Source: Camelus ferus
Taxonomy: Eukaryota
DNA: 64,000 nucleotides
Reading direction: 5' to 3'
NCBI RefSeq assembly: GCF_009834535.1
Contig: NC_045697.1
Coordinates: 75,332,001-75,396,000 of the forward strand
Of this stretch, positions 51,801 to 64,000 are shown one piece after another. Both the position numbers and the translations under genes were made by a program. Below the pieces are notes generated by a model. That model had not been told where the DNA came from. It ran no database searches and worked only from the letters and a program-made list of their open reading frames with translations. Position 1 is the stretch's first letter. Each line of letters begins with the position of its first letter.

Positions 51801-53429
51801 AAATGCCTATCTACACTTTAACCAAAGCAGAGCAACTGATACTTCTGGTCTTCTGTTGGTCACAATGCTGTGTGAGTGCTAAGAGGCATCACTGACTCAT
51901 CTGTTTAGAAAAATGATGCTCTTGGATCCATACTTAAGAACCAGTCTGCCACCAGCTACATAGATACAGCCCAGCAAACTGTAACAGAAAGTCCTTCAGA
52001 AAGATCAGGCTGAGCCCTGATGAGGGCAGTGACTGCTGCTCTGTGTGAGGAATCTGGCTCACAACTTGAGAGAGAGCGACCTCTGATATTTTTAAAAGAG
52101 AAGTAAGTTTTTCCACTGAAGCCAAGAATCTGGTATCAAGGGCATTGAGGGCTTCATGTTGCGTGGCTGTGGACTGTTTCTCTCATACTCATCAGGGAAT
52201 CCCCACCAACTATCACTGCCTGGCAGAGAGATCAACTGAATTTGTTGAATGAATGAGCTGAAAAGAGCTGACATGCCTTGGATTTCTAAATACTGTTTGG
52301 AGATTCAAAGATAAGAAACCAAGACCTAAAAGAATAGCACACATATTCCTGAAAGTTGCTCCTTAGGAAACTGCATTCCCAGTGCATGAGAAGAAGCTGA
52401 TGGCTGGGCAAGGATCTGTAATCACGAAGGGTGTTCCTGGGCTAGTAAATGACTAAGGAAATCACACTATTTTCTTCACTCTCAGAGTAAACAAAGGCGT
52501 GGTTGAAAGTATAGCACATCCATTACTTGTACCCTCTCCAAACACATATAATGGATAAATTCTGACTGAATGACCCAGTAACAAACAGCTGCTTCTCCTA
52601 TGATTAAGAGAAAACATTTTGTTTTGAAAATGTATTTTACTTTTAAGGTTCCTTTGGGATTTATTAGATTGAGAAAGTGAGGGAGTGGGGAGAGAAGAAA
52701 TCTGAGTGTTTTTAAGGAATAAAAAATATTTTAGCAATATCCTCCAACATCTAAGATACCTGAAATTAGAATTACTCTCAGAGGACGCAGAGCTATTCAC
52801 ACAGCCAAAACTCTGATCCTCAGCCAACTGCATGTACACTGCACTGAGATCCAAACTAAGTCCTGCATTCCAAGAGTACTACCCTGGCTCTCACAGCAGC
52901 TCAAATCTCCATCAGAGCGAATCACAGCAGCTGGGAACCAGGCATATCTGTTAGAGCGCACAAAGGCTGGAAAATAATATAATTCGAAGGTATGTTGACC
53001 AATATAGCTGAAACTCAGTATAAAATCACACACCTCTAGGACTGTAAGAAACAAACTTCAAAACAGAGCCATGAGAGTTACAGTTTTTAAAAATATTGTG
53101 GCAAATGGTCCATGATTATGTTCAAGCACTAAGCTTTAGCCGTTGACTGACTATGAAATGCATCTTAGTATATGTTAAACATATATTACATATTACACAT
53201 TATGCATATGACATATTATATATTATAGAGAAGGACTTATACATCATCTTTCAAATACATGTAGGTACAGTTGTGTTTAATATGATACAAATTTAGTTTT
53301 AAGTGTCACTGTGTATGGAGTCACTTTTAAATTATTACACATCTTCCTAACAGATATCGAAAGGGTACAAAAATTTTGAAAGATGTGAAAAGTTTTTATC
53401 TTTTTTGTATGATTTCTCTATATGTGGAA

Positions 53430-54506
53430 TCTTTTTTTAAACATGAAGTATAATTTACATATATTTTGTATTAGTTTTAAGTGTACAACATAATGACTTT
53501 TTGTATGCATATACTGCAAAATGGTTACCACAATAAGTTTAGTTAACATCCATCACCACTCATAGTTACAAGGTTTTTTTCCTTGTAATGAGAACTTTTT
53601 AAGATTTACTCTCTTCACAATTTTCAAATATACAATACACTGCTGTTAACTACAGTCACCATGCTGTACATTACATCTCCAAGGAGTTATTTATAGCTCC
53701 AAGTTTGTACCTTTTGACCACCTTCACCCATTTCACCAACCCACCCCTTCCTCCTGCCAGCCTCTGGCAACCACCAATCTGTTCTCTATATCTATGAGTT
53801 TGGGGTTTTTAGGTTTCACATGTAAGTGAGATCATACAGTATTTATCTTTTTCTGTCTGACTTAGTTCACTGAGCAAAATACCCTTAAGTTCCCTCTACA
53901 TTGTCACAAATGGCAGGATTTCCTTCTTTTTGTGGCCAAGTAATATTCCTCTCTGTGTGTGTATAAAACATTTTATTTACCCATTCATCCATTGATGATT
54001 AGGTTGTTTGTTTCCATGTCTTCCCTATTGTAAATATTGCTGCAGTGAACATTCTTTGGATGCATACCCAGAAGTGGAACTGCTGGATCATATGGTAGTT
54101 TTATTTTTAATTTTTTGAGCAACTTGCATACTGTTTTCCATACTGATTGCACTAATTGACATTCCCATCAACAGTGGACAAGCATTCCCTTTTCTCCACA
54201 CCTTTGCCAACCCTTGTTACCTCTTGTCTTTTTATAATAGCCATTCTAACAGTTGTGAGGTGATATCTCACTACAGTTTTGCTTTGCGTTCCCCTGATGG
54301 TTAGTGATGTTAAGCATGTACCCCGTTGGCCCTTTGCATGTCCTCTGGAAAAATGTCTGTTCCCCTGCCCAGTTTTTAATTGAATTTTTTTTCTATTGAA
54401 TTGTCTGAGTTCTTTATATACTTTGGATATTAACCCCTTATCAGATATATAATTTGCAAATATTTTCTCCCACTCGATAGGTTATCTTTTTATTTTGTTG
54501 ATAGTT
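53430..54506 (-). mobile_element. L1 3' end (L1MA9/10-like or later lineage)
   Basis: Antisense L1 3' UTR and ORF2 end: caccacaataagtttagttaacatccatcacc; ctctggcaaccaccaatctgttctct; cccagaagtggaactgctggatcatatggtag; gccattctaacagttgtgaggtgatatctca; tttgcaaatattttctccca. Confidence 0.92.
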
Positions 54507-54519
54507 GTACAGTAAAGGT

Positions 54520-55330
54520 ATCTAAATCTAAATAAACAGGTATTCCCCTCAGTACTTTAAAGATACTAGTTCTGTGTCTTCTGAAATCTATTGATGTTTC
54601 TAAGAAATCTTCTGCCACTGTGATTGCTATTTATTTATATGTAATGTCTTCACTCTCCAGTAGCCTTTAAAACTTTCCTCTTATTCTCTACCCAAATGTT
54701 CTGCAGTTTCTCTGTGATATTTTTAAGGAATGGAATTGCATTTATTTATCTTACTAAGGACCTGACAGGCTTTTACAATCAGAGGATTCATAATATTTTT
54801 GCGATTCTTAAAAACTTGGAACCATAACATCAGGAACTTTTCCTCTCTCCCATTCTTTCCATTTTCTCCTTCTGGGACTCCTTTTAGACACATAGTAGAG
54901 TTTCTCATTTTTTCTTCCTTAAATCATAATTTGTCTTCTTTAAAAAAATCTCTGAGCTGCATTCTGAATGGCTTCTTCAGATTTATCTTCTAATTCCCTC
55001 ATTACCTATATCCAATCAATGCTTTAATTCATCCATTGAGTTTTTATTATTATTTCAAGCCCGTATTTTTAGTTATAAAAATTACATTTGATACTTTTAA
55101 AAAATCTTTTTGATCATTTTATCATATAGTCTTGTACTTTTCTTATGAATTTTATTGAAGTCCTTTTATCCTCTAAACTTTTAAATATGCTTGCTTTAAA
55201 GTCCCTTTCAGAATGGATTCCTGTTACTCTAGTTCCTCAAGTACACATACTCCCATTAATTGTGTGTGCGCCTTTTCTCTCTTGGCAGTGAATTTCCTCT
55301 TGGATTTTGTAACTTTTATCTCTAAGCTAT
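54520..55330 (-). mobile_element. Ancient L1 ORF1-like (L1M5/HAL1-type) fragment
   Basis: Minus ORF 54723-54908 contains MCLKGVPEGENGKNGREE...MNPLIVKACQVLSKINK, resembling L1 ORF1p IIGVPEGEE...QIQEAQR.PNKIN. Confidence 0.65.
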
Positions 55331-55494
55331 CAATAGTGAGGAGGATTATTTTTCATAAGAAAAATGAATCTTGAATTGAAAAACTCAGCAATTTTTATTT
55401 ATCAAAAATGTAAATACTGGCTTTAGTTTCAGCTCTGACATTACTTCAGCTTGCAAGTGACCACTCCCACCCAGAAAAAAAAAAAAAAACCTGA

Positions 55495-57712
55495 ACAAAA
55501 TGAAAATCAATGACTTTTCCTGGACATATAAGAGAATTGATACCACATGGCAGATCTCTACACCCTCCCCCCACAGTTGAGAAACACACAAAATATAAAG
55601 AAACACAGCTGAGATCAACTCTGCTAAAGCAAAAGCCATTGGACCCACAGGCTGGTAGGAAAAACTTTTTATGTGATGAATTGCTTGAAGCAGAGTGTTG
55701 ACTACCTTGAGAATGAGAAAATCCTAGAGCTTACAGTCTTGGTGGGGCTGGGTGAACCCTTACCTGGGCTTTACCTCCAAGAACCCCACTATGTTTTCAT
55801 GGTAATGAGCCAAGAAAAAGACTTTACCAGAGCTTTATCTCTCATAAACTCAAGGACAGTTACCCAAATCTAGCCTCTTTTAGCTTTCCTGACTTGAAAA
55901 AGGGGGGAAAGATAAAAACTCGTGAAGATCACAGTTCAAGGACACAGGCCTAGTAAATGACTAAAAATTAATCATAAAATTATAGAACACTTCCCCCCCC
56001 TCCCAACTTCTTACCACCACATCAAGAGAGCTCCAGTATAGTAACAGTGGATTACGGTTTAAAGAGCTACAAAGCTCAAAGTCTATTTAAGAAAGAGTTC
56101 TTAGGGAAACCCAACAACAGAAGACAGAAAAACCAAAGACATTTGTGGAAAGTGAAGCTTCCATAGCCATTGGTTATATCAAGACATGTTACATTCAAAC
56201 TGCAGAAAACCAAAGACAAACTCTTGAAAAAGGCCAGAAAGGAAAAAATTCTCTTACATATACAGGAGAATAGATAAGAATTACAGTGGATTTTTCATTT
56301 AAAAAGCCATGCAAGCAAAAAGAGAATGAAATGAAATATATAAAGTGCTGGGGAAAAAAAAAGCCAACCTAGAATGTTCAGGGAAATTTATACTACAAAA
56401 GTGGAAGAGAAATAAAGATTTTCTCAGATAAACAAAATGGAGGGAATTCCTTGCAAACATACTTGCTCTGCCAGAAATATTAAAATAAGTTAAAGCTGAC
56501 TACAGAACAAGGAAAGTTGTCAGGGGTAAAGAGGTATGTTACATAATGAAAAAGGGGTCCATTCTCCAAGAAGATTTAAGAATCTTTAGCATGTACGTAT
56601 CTAACAACAGAGCATCAAAATACACCAAGCAAAAACTAACAGAACTGAAAAGAGAAACAGACAAATCCACTGTTACTGCTGGAGACTTGAATATTCTTCT
56701 TTCAATAAACAATAAACAAAGCAGGCAGAAAATCAGGGAGGATACAGATGAACTGAGTGAGTGTATTAATTAACTGGATCTAATTGACATAAGATAATCC
56801 TGAAGTATTTTGTAGTACTAGAAATTAAGGAAGTGTTCCCCCAAAAGAAAACTACATTGATTGTGCATTTCTCAAAGGGATGGAAGCCAAACAAAAGAGA
56901 TTCCAGTGGCCAAAGCTGGGACATTCTGAGTAACAAAAGAAATGAAGTGGTATTGTACTATAATCCAAAGTATAACATAAATATCCATGAGCACATACCA
57001 AAATAAATAATCAAACACATAAATGTGGGTGAAACAGCAGATCTCTACTCAGAAGAATCCCAAATAATTTATGTAAGTACCTCACTCCCTAAGTGTGGAT
57101 TGCACACACTAACTTCCTTCCAAAGCCTATAACATAAAAAAGAGAAAAATGTCACATCACGGTGGAAAAAGCTAACACTACCTCAGCCAGGTGCATGGGT
57201 AATATCAACAGTGATAAATCATGACTGTATGTACCCTTGACATGATGTGATGAAAATAGTACTTTCCTCTGCCATCTTCCCCCTAAACTCACAACCCCAG
57301 TCCAATCATGAGAAAAAAAAACATCAGATAAATTCTAGTTGAGGGGCATCCTACAAAATCCCTGATTGGAACGCCTCAAAACTGTTGGGTCATGAAAAAT
57401 AAGAAAAATCCGAGAAACTGTCATGGCCAAGAGGAGCCTAAGAGCCATGACAAGTAAATGTAATATGGGATCCTGGATGGGATCCTGATACAGAAAAAGA
57501 CATAGGTTAAAAACTAAGGAAATCTGAATAAACTTAAACTTAGATAATAATATATCAATACTGACTCATTGATTTTAACTATACCAGACAGATACAGAAT
57601 TTAAGATATTAATAACAGGGGAAACTGAGTGAAGGGATATGTGAGCACTCTGAACTAAATATTTTTTAATTTTGTGTAAATTGCAAACTTAAAAAAATAA
57701 ACTCTAATAAAT
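55495..57712 (+). mobile_element. Internally deleted old L1 (L1M4/L1MC-MD class): 5' UTR, ORF1, EN and 3' UTR pieces
   Basis: ORF1 C-terminal DNA (tcaaactgcagaaaaccaaagacaaa; gaaataaagattttctcagataaacaaaa), EN ORF 56546-56773 (KGSILQEDL..YVSNNRASKYTKQKLTELKRETDKSTVTAGDLN), then L1M 3' UTR. Confidence 0.8.
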
Positions 57713-58796
57713 TTTAAATCAGATATTTCTATTTTTATCTATTATCGTAACTTATTCTTACTTAGGTTAATTGCAATTTCCATAAAAGTAAAAATTATGG
57801 ATAATGCCATAAAACTTTAATTTGTGATTATTTTTATTTTTTTGATGGTAAAAGAAGAGGGTCCCAGTAAATAAGAAATCTCTTCCCTTGCAATTTATCT
57901 TTCTTAGATTTCAGAATTATAGTAACATTATATAACAGGAAAACCAGCCTCGCTCAGAAATTTCTCTCAGTTACCTGCAATGCATGTTTACAGAGGCCAG
58001 ACAAGTCATGTTAAATGTTACTTTTTCCTCTCTTTCAGAATCAGCATGGAAAAGACGTGCTAGAAACAGAGTACTGTACTAGTCTGCCAGTTGGAACACT
58101 GAATTCTCAGGCTTACTCCTTCTCACCTTTCTATTGTCAATATCACTACAGGTAGATCAATCTCTTTTCTTCTTACAGCATAGTACACGGGATAGAAGGT
58201 AGACAAAAAAAGTTTAATTATTGCCTAACTACATGAATGTACAACAATAATCATAAAGCCTTAATAAGATTGTCCAAACATTCAGAAACATGAACTATGT
58301 ATTTAAAATCAATCAGGCAGCAAAATAAAGCAAGTTGACTTGAAATTGTATTTATAGTATTTTGCACAAGGAAAACCCATGTGCATGATTTGAAGTTGAA
58401 AGAGACAATGTTTAATATTATAAGACAAATATTTGTTATTAGGAAAGTAAAAGCACAACTCAGGGAAGTATAATGGTTTGAATTTTATAATTCCTGCAAG
58501 ATCAAAAATCTTAGAATTTCCAAATGGAAAACTAACTCTAAAATTTTATTTTGTTTGTATCCATCCTCCCAGTTTCATGTAGCCTCTCCATCCCTGCACT
58601 GCACAAGCCCCGAGCATCTGCATGTCATGTGTAATTCCTTCTACTGCTCATGCTGTGCCATGTGATGTTTTCCTTTAGTGGAAGATAAAAGCCCTTCCTG
58701 GTAGATGAAACATATTCCTAGAACTAAAATGAATGGTTCTGAAACCTAAGGCTACAGTCTACTGATGCTTTCATTCACAAAGGAAACAATCATTCA

Positions 58797-59027
58797 GGGA
58801 TAAATTGTGAGTTTGAAATTTGCAGCTACTAACTAAGATATATAAAACAGATAAACAGCAAGTTTCTTCTGTATAGCACAGGGAACTGTATTCAGTATCT
58901 TGTAGTAACCTACAGTAAAAAAGAATATGAAAGTGAAATATGTATGTATATATATGACTGAAACATTATGCTGTACACCAGAAATTGATACAATATTGTA
59001 AACTGACTATACTACAATAAAAAAAAG
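58797..59027 (+). mobile_element. Young L1 3' tail
   Basis: gggataaattgtgagtttgaaatttgcag...ctgtatagcacagggaactgtattcagtatcttgtag...gctgtacaccagaaattga...gactatactacaataaaaaaaa. Confidence 0.9.
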
Positions 59028-60374
59028 CTCATATATGATTTTTTTTTACTATCTCAACATGAAATACAGTGGAGTTTACCTAAACAAATGATTCCCCATC
59101 ACCCCAGGAGCAACACATCAAAGCTCTTAGCTTGTGCCTTCCTTATAAACTGCTTATTTTATACTCTAAGTATTTCTTAGTGTAAGTATTCAGTCACTCA
59201 GAAGAAATGCTTAATAACAGGATGTTTGGACATAGCACACTAATATATGCTAATTGTTCACAGCCTCTCATTTTCCAACATATTTACCTTATGTTGCCAT
59301 TGTGATCTTTCTGCCCTACTATGAATATTGAGTCTGAGGAATTTCTATGATAACAAATAAACTGATGAAAATATCTTTAGTTAATTTTTAACCTGGTTAA
59401 GAAATGTTTACCACATTTAAAACAGTTTTGGTAACATTGTAATGTTTGTTTGAGATCATTAAATTTTACAAATATATTATAAATAACATTTGTGTATAAA
59501 ACTACATGCAGCAACAACACCATCAAGACAAACTTAAAGTAATACAGGGTCAATTTTAGAAACATGCACACAAACATATGTACATAGATCTTTATGTAGG
59601 AGGAAGAAAGGTGCACTTTTTAAAAGTATGAACATTTATTATGCTTGTCAACTTGTAGGTCACACAACTAACTTCTCAAAAAGAAAGACTGTATCACCTT
59701 CATGGTAGAGTTACTCCTATGTTCTCTTCACTTACCAACAATCATGCACACACAGAGAGAAAGGAAAGAATGAAACAGAGAGAGAAAATTTAAATTTTCA
59801 CTGAACTTTGTTATATCAGAGCCTATAAAGCAAAAATAAACTGGCTATAGAAGTGTAGAGTAGAGCTCACTCTGATTTACCAGCAGCTCCCGCAGTATCA
59901 CATACGACCTATGACAACAGCGTCAAGTCCTTGCTACCTGATGCAGCAATACACTTCAGCTCTAGCGAATCAGATAGGATCCAAGTTTCAGTCCTGCTAA
60001 ATTTCACTACTGTGGCTTTCGTCACCATAACTAAGGAGAGATGGGTAAGCATAAAAGCAGAACAAGACAAATAATAATATTTCCTAATTTCTCAGTGTCC
60101 ATGCATCTTAGTCACTGTCTTGTAGACAGCTTCTAAGGAATATAATTGTCTCCACATAATTGTCTCATTCTAACCTCTGTGATGCTATTACAGTCGATTT
60201 TCAGGTAGAAAAAAGAATTTGACCTCAGAAATTTCCCATTTATGTCAATATTAAGTGGTTTTAACTATAATGTTTACAAATTTCATCTGCAAACTTAAAT
60301 AATTATAGAAAATATCAAGAGAAAACTAATCGTACAGGAAAGTCACACATGATGATGACAGCTGTGAAACAGTG

Positions 60375-60600
60375 GGCAGGGGAAGAAGCGTTGAATTGGA
60401 GCCTGATATTTTATTCCTTTTCCACATTTACTAATGCAGACTTTGGAGAAAATCTGTTAGATCTCTCTAAATGTGGGCAATGGTCCCTCTATAAAATGAA
60501 GACTATAATATCTATTACACAGAATTGTTGTGAGTATAATATGAGATACTGTATATGAAAGTGTTTTATCAACTGTAATGCAATAGTAAATATATAACAT
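60375..60600 (+). mobile_element. MIR SINE
   Basis: gaagcgttgaattggag...ctctataaaatgaagactataata...cagaattgttgtgagtataatatgagatactgtatatgaaagtgtttt. Confidence 0.7.
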
Positions 60601-60796
60601 TAAAATAGCAACTCATGGTCCTTTATTCTATTAAAAATCAGTGAATAGCAATATAAAAGAATAACTTTAGCTCTTGGCACAATATCTGGTCTAACAAATT
60701 CCAATTAATTTAGAAATATATTTATGTCAAAATTACCCACAGAAAATGTATCAACAGCCTTGTATGTGAAACCAGTGACCCCAATGACATGTAGTA

Positions 60797-61196
60797 TATG
60801 TGGTTAGTCATCATTTGCTATATTATATGGTGATTACCAAACTTCAAACATCGGTGACTTACAACAAAGGTTTATTTCTCACTCACATGACATTTTGGCT
60901 ACAAGTTAGCTGTGGACCCAAGTCACTATTCTCAAATCCAGGCAGAAAATGTGGTCCCAATTTGGGAAATGTTCTTCTACAGGAAACAGACAATGGCAGT
61001 GCCATGCAATGGCTCTGAAACTTTCTGCTCAGATATGGGATGTGTCCATTCTGCTCATACTCCATTTGTTAAAACTAGTCACACAGCCAGCACTGATGTC
61101 ATTTGCGTGGGAGAATATTTCTCCCAAAGGCAGGGGAACCCGGGAGGGGTCCCTGTAAGCACCATATATTTTAAACAACCAATTCAGTCTGTCACA
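60797..61196 (-). mobile_element. MaLR LTR (MLT1J-like)
   Basis: tgtggttagtca...gtgacttacaacaaaggtttatttctcactcacat...tctgctcatactccatttgttaaaactagtcacacagcca...ctgtcaca. Confidence 0.75.
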
Positions 61197-62398
61197 CAAT
61201 AGATACACTATAAATAGACACAATTATGCCTAAGGTCTTATCATTTTCCTACATACTCATTTTTTATGAATGGCCTGAAAAAAAGAAGTGGGAAACCTAT
61301 AAAGAAATGTTTGAGTCACATCATGTAAAATAACATGGATAGAAAAGAAACAGAGTAGAGAATGGTGTTTTTCTAAAATCTTGCAGGTCTGAGTGTTAGT
61401 GGTCACGAGAATGGACATTCATTGCTAAAGGAAAGGTGAATGGACTTTTAACCATTTCAACATGAAATAATTCTCTATGACTGCAGGTCTAAGCTCAGCC
61501 TCCCCAATTACTAGCTATAAAACCTGGGAAATCACTACGTCAGTCTGAGTTGTCTCAGATGTCAAAATGCTGTGAAGGTGTTCACATACACCTCAAAGGA
61601 GTTTGAAGGAGGGATGAAAGGCTACATACAAAACTGAAGACAAGAGATGCAGTAATCTCAAATCAAATTATACTGCCTACAACTACTCAGAGTGGGAAGG
61701 AAACTTCAAAGGGCTCCTGGTGGCCTGGATGGATTACCTCTTTGTTAGGCTCTTCGAGTTTGTATTTACCAAAGTGGTCATTTGAGCACTGATTTCTTTG
61801 CCTTAGTAAACCCAATGAGATAAGATATATAAAAGTTCTTTAAGCATGGTAAAAAGTATTAGAGCCTTGCCATCAGTTTAGTAATCTGCAGAAGGAGCAA
61901 ACCATTTTCGTTATTTCACTTCTGTAAATTAGTAAATGTACTCCCTTGACTACAAAAGAATTTAATGCAATTTTAGCAGAGTACAGAGATGCCTACTGGG
62001 ACCTGGTATCCTATGAATATTTAAACATAGTAAAGTTTCCTAAACAAGAAAAAGGCTTGGAATCAAAAGAAAAGCTGTAAAGGAATGCACCAGTCTTGGG
62101 GCAACTAACCCACAGGCCCACAGAACTGCATCACCTACTAAGTTAAGGATATGCCATTTGTAAGATATGAAGTTCACATACAAGTAAGCATTGGAGCTAC
62201 TGTGACACAAAACCCAGTTTTAAAAGAAATTGGGAGCCTGTAACATATGAACACTTTTTAAAACCCTAAAACATAAAATAATAAGTTCCCCAATCAAAAT
62301 AACAGCAAGTAAATGTATAAAATATATTGGCAAGATGTTATTGTGTGGCTGGGCTATTTATGTTTTGTGTACAGATGCAGGTGGAAAAAAACCTGCCA

Positions 62399-62463
62399 AA
62401 TAACAACAATAGCAATAACAACAACAACAACAACATCGACGACAACAACAACAACAACAACAA
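62399..62463. repeat. Imperfect (AAC)n microsatellite
   Basis: Direct: aataacaacaatagcaataacaacaacaacaacaacatcgacgacaacaacaacaacaacaac. Confidence 0.92.
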
Positions 62464-63414
62464 AAAACAGAGGAAGGGTCTAAAGGGCAGTTCTTTCATT
62501 GAAAATATCGAAGTATGCTGGACGGAACATCTTTATGGCTTCCTTCTATCGATAAGTTACTTCTAGTTTGGGGTCTCCCTTTGGCCGGACCCTCTGACCA
62601 GGGTTAGATAAACTCTCATTTGACACTTGAGACATTTGCTGGTGAGAAGTCTCACCTCTTGTCTCTTTACTTACTTTCCTATTTTCCCCACCTTTCTCTT
62701 AATTACCTTATATTTCATTCCTTTCCTCCATCAAGGCTTTCAGTCTGTAAGGCTGAACATCAAACCAGGGCAGATAGCCTTTTAATAAGCTTCTTATAAA
62801 AATTGTTTGCCTAAATACAAGTTAAATTTTGGACAAATTTGGATTTTCCTATAGTTTAAAATTAGGAAGCCACTGGTCGAGTCTCAGAGATCTTTTGCTG
62901 TGTAGAGATTTCTGCTCTATCCATGGTTATTGGATTTGACCCTTGGTGTTGTGTTCCAAAAGAGGCCAAATTTGGAAAACCTTGGTGCATATATATAAAA
63001 TACCAATGCTTCTGCACTAACTACAGGAAGCAGTTACAAAAATATTTCCACAGTGATTGGATCCACGTGATTTTGATACAGGCTCACTTAAAGTTTGATT
63101 TCCTGAAAAAAAAGACTGAGGCCCACAGAGGCTCACTTTTCCCTGAGAGGCCTGTGTGTTTATAATGTATCAGAAAAACTACATAGTAGAAATAAAACAT
63201 TTCCTATTTTGAGTCTTTTATAATCTCCTACAAATCTTCAGGGCAATGCTAAACTGAAATCTTGATCTTAGGGAACAAAGTGTCTCAATGGAAAATATCA
63301 AAATATAGCTAGGTGTAATAATTTAAGGGAAATTGGGTTTTCATTTGGTGAAAGAATATCTCTTCTTTTCTATCTCTTAATGTTGTATTTTGTTGCCCTT
63401 TGTTTGGAATTACT

Positions 63415-63650
63415 ATAATGATGACCCATTTACCATATTTTAAATACATTCTGTGTTAGGGACTGTATGTACTATCCAGGCAACAAACTCAAGGATAAAA
63501 AAGCATATGGCAAACATATGCTGGTGTTATACGTGATGGCAGCTTCACAAAATGAGAAGTAACGTATACGTGAGCTGAGCAGATGAAGTGACTAATGGTA
63601 CATACCATCTAGGCATTCAAGGCTTTTGCTCTTTGTTTCTTCTACTGGTT
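63415..63650 (-). mobile_element. MIR SINE (degraded)
   Basis: catttaccatattttaaatacattctgtgttagggactgt; cttcacaaaatgagaag...gagcagatgaagtgact...aggcattcaa. Confidence 0.5.
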
Positions 63651-63949
63651 GTCAAAATGTTCACATAAGCCCCCATTGCATTTAGAAATACATTAATATT
63701 TAGACATTAAGTCAAACACATTTTTTATTAGAAAAGGACTACTCCTTTAGAATGTAAACAAAAATTTACAATTTTGCTTTTTGCATGAGGTTTTCTTAGA
63801 TATAAATAATAACCATAACTGTTTTTAGAATTAATCCTTTCACAAAACAAAGATATCTTCTCAAAAGTAAATTGGTTTGAAAGAAACAAAGAGTACTCAG
63901 TTAGAAAACCAATATATGAAACAGTCATTTAATCATACCTTCCTAGAAC

Positions 63950-63970
63950 TAAAACAAAACAAAACAAAAC
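63950..63970. repeat. (AAAAC)4 repeat
   Basis: Direct observation. Confidence 0.85.
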
Positions 63971-64000
63971 TTCACTATGTAAGAGAATCCTTTTCATTTC

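Noticed and set aside
52462..53054. 130-aa and 85-aa minus-strand ORFs, possible first exon (MQLAEDQSFGCVNSSASSESNSNFR)
   Set aside because: Weak donor (gtatct), no promoter or CpG island, no recognisable homology
62327..62566. Asn-rich ORF
   Set aside because: Produced by the (AAC)n microsatellite
1..64000. Prokaryotic-type system (operon, CRISPR array, defence island, retron)
   Set aside because: The sequence is mammalian repeat-rich DNA with no long ORFs, no regularly spaced repeat-spacer array, and RT homology fully explained by LINEs

Overview
AT-rich, CpG-depleted mammalian genomic DNA with no CpG island and no host gene that I can recognise. It is probably camelid (alpaca, llama or camel). 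The evidence is a tRNA-derived SINE of the camelid Vic-1 type at 41816-41954, several young cetartiodactyl-type L1 3' ends, and no visible ruminant (Bov-A/BovB) or pig (PRE-1) SINEs. The window is dominated by transposon relics of many ages. Young L1s include a 2.6-kb 5'-truncated copy with frameshifted ORF2 and 16-bp target-site duplications (TSDs). Older relics are L1M, L2, MIR, CR1/L3, MaLR/ERVL LTRs and hAT MITEs, plus microsatellites. The only ORFs with recognisable protein similarity are L1 ORF1/ORF2 pieces; most of the ORF track is noise. The most interesting observations are: (1) a 280-nt minus-strand open frame bounded exactly by splice sites at 28705-28984, with faint similarity to non-LTR reverse transcriptase; (2) doubly nested TSDs at 30805-31151 implying a tiny polyadenylated retrocopy later hit by an L1 tail; (3) a pre-miRNA-sized hairpin at about 18469-18543; (4) several splice-bounded candidate exons. 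No new biological system can be demonstrated from the sequence alone. Repeat family names were assigned by eye from remembered consensus motifs, and boundaries of old repeats are approximate.
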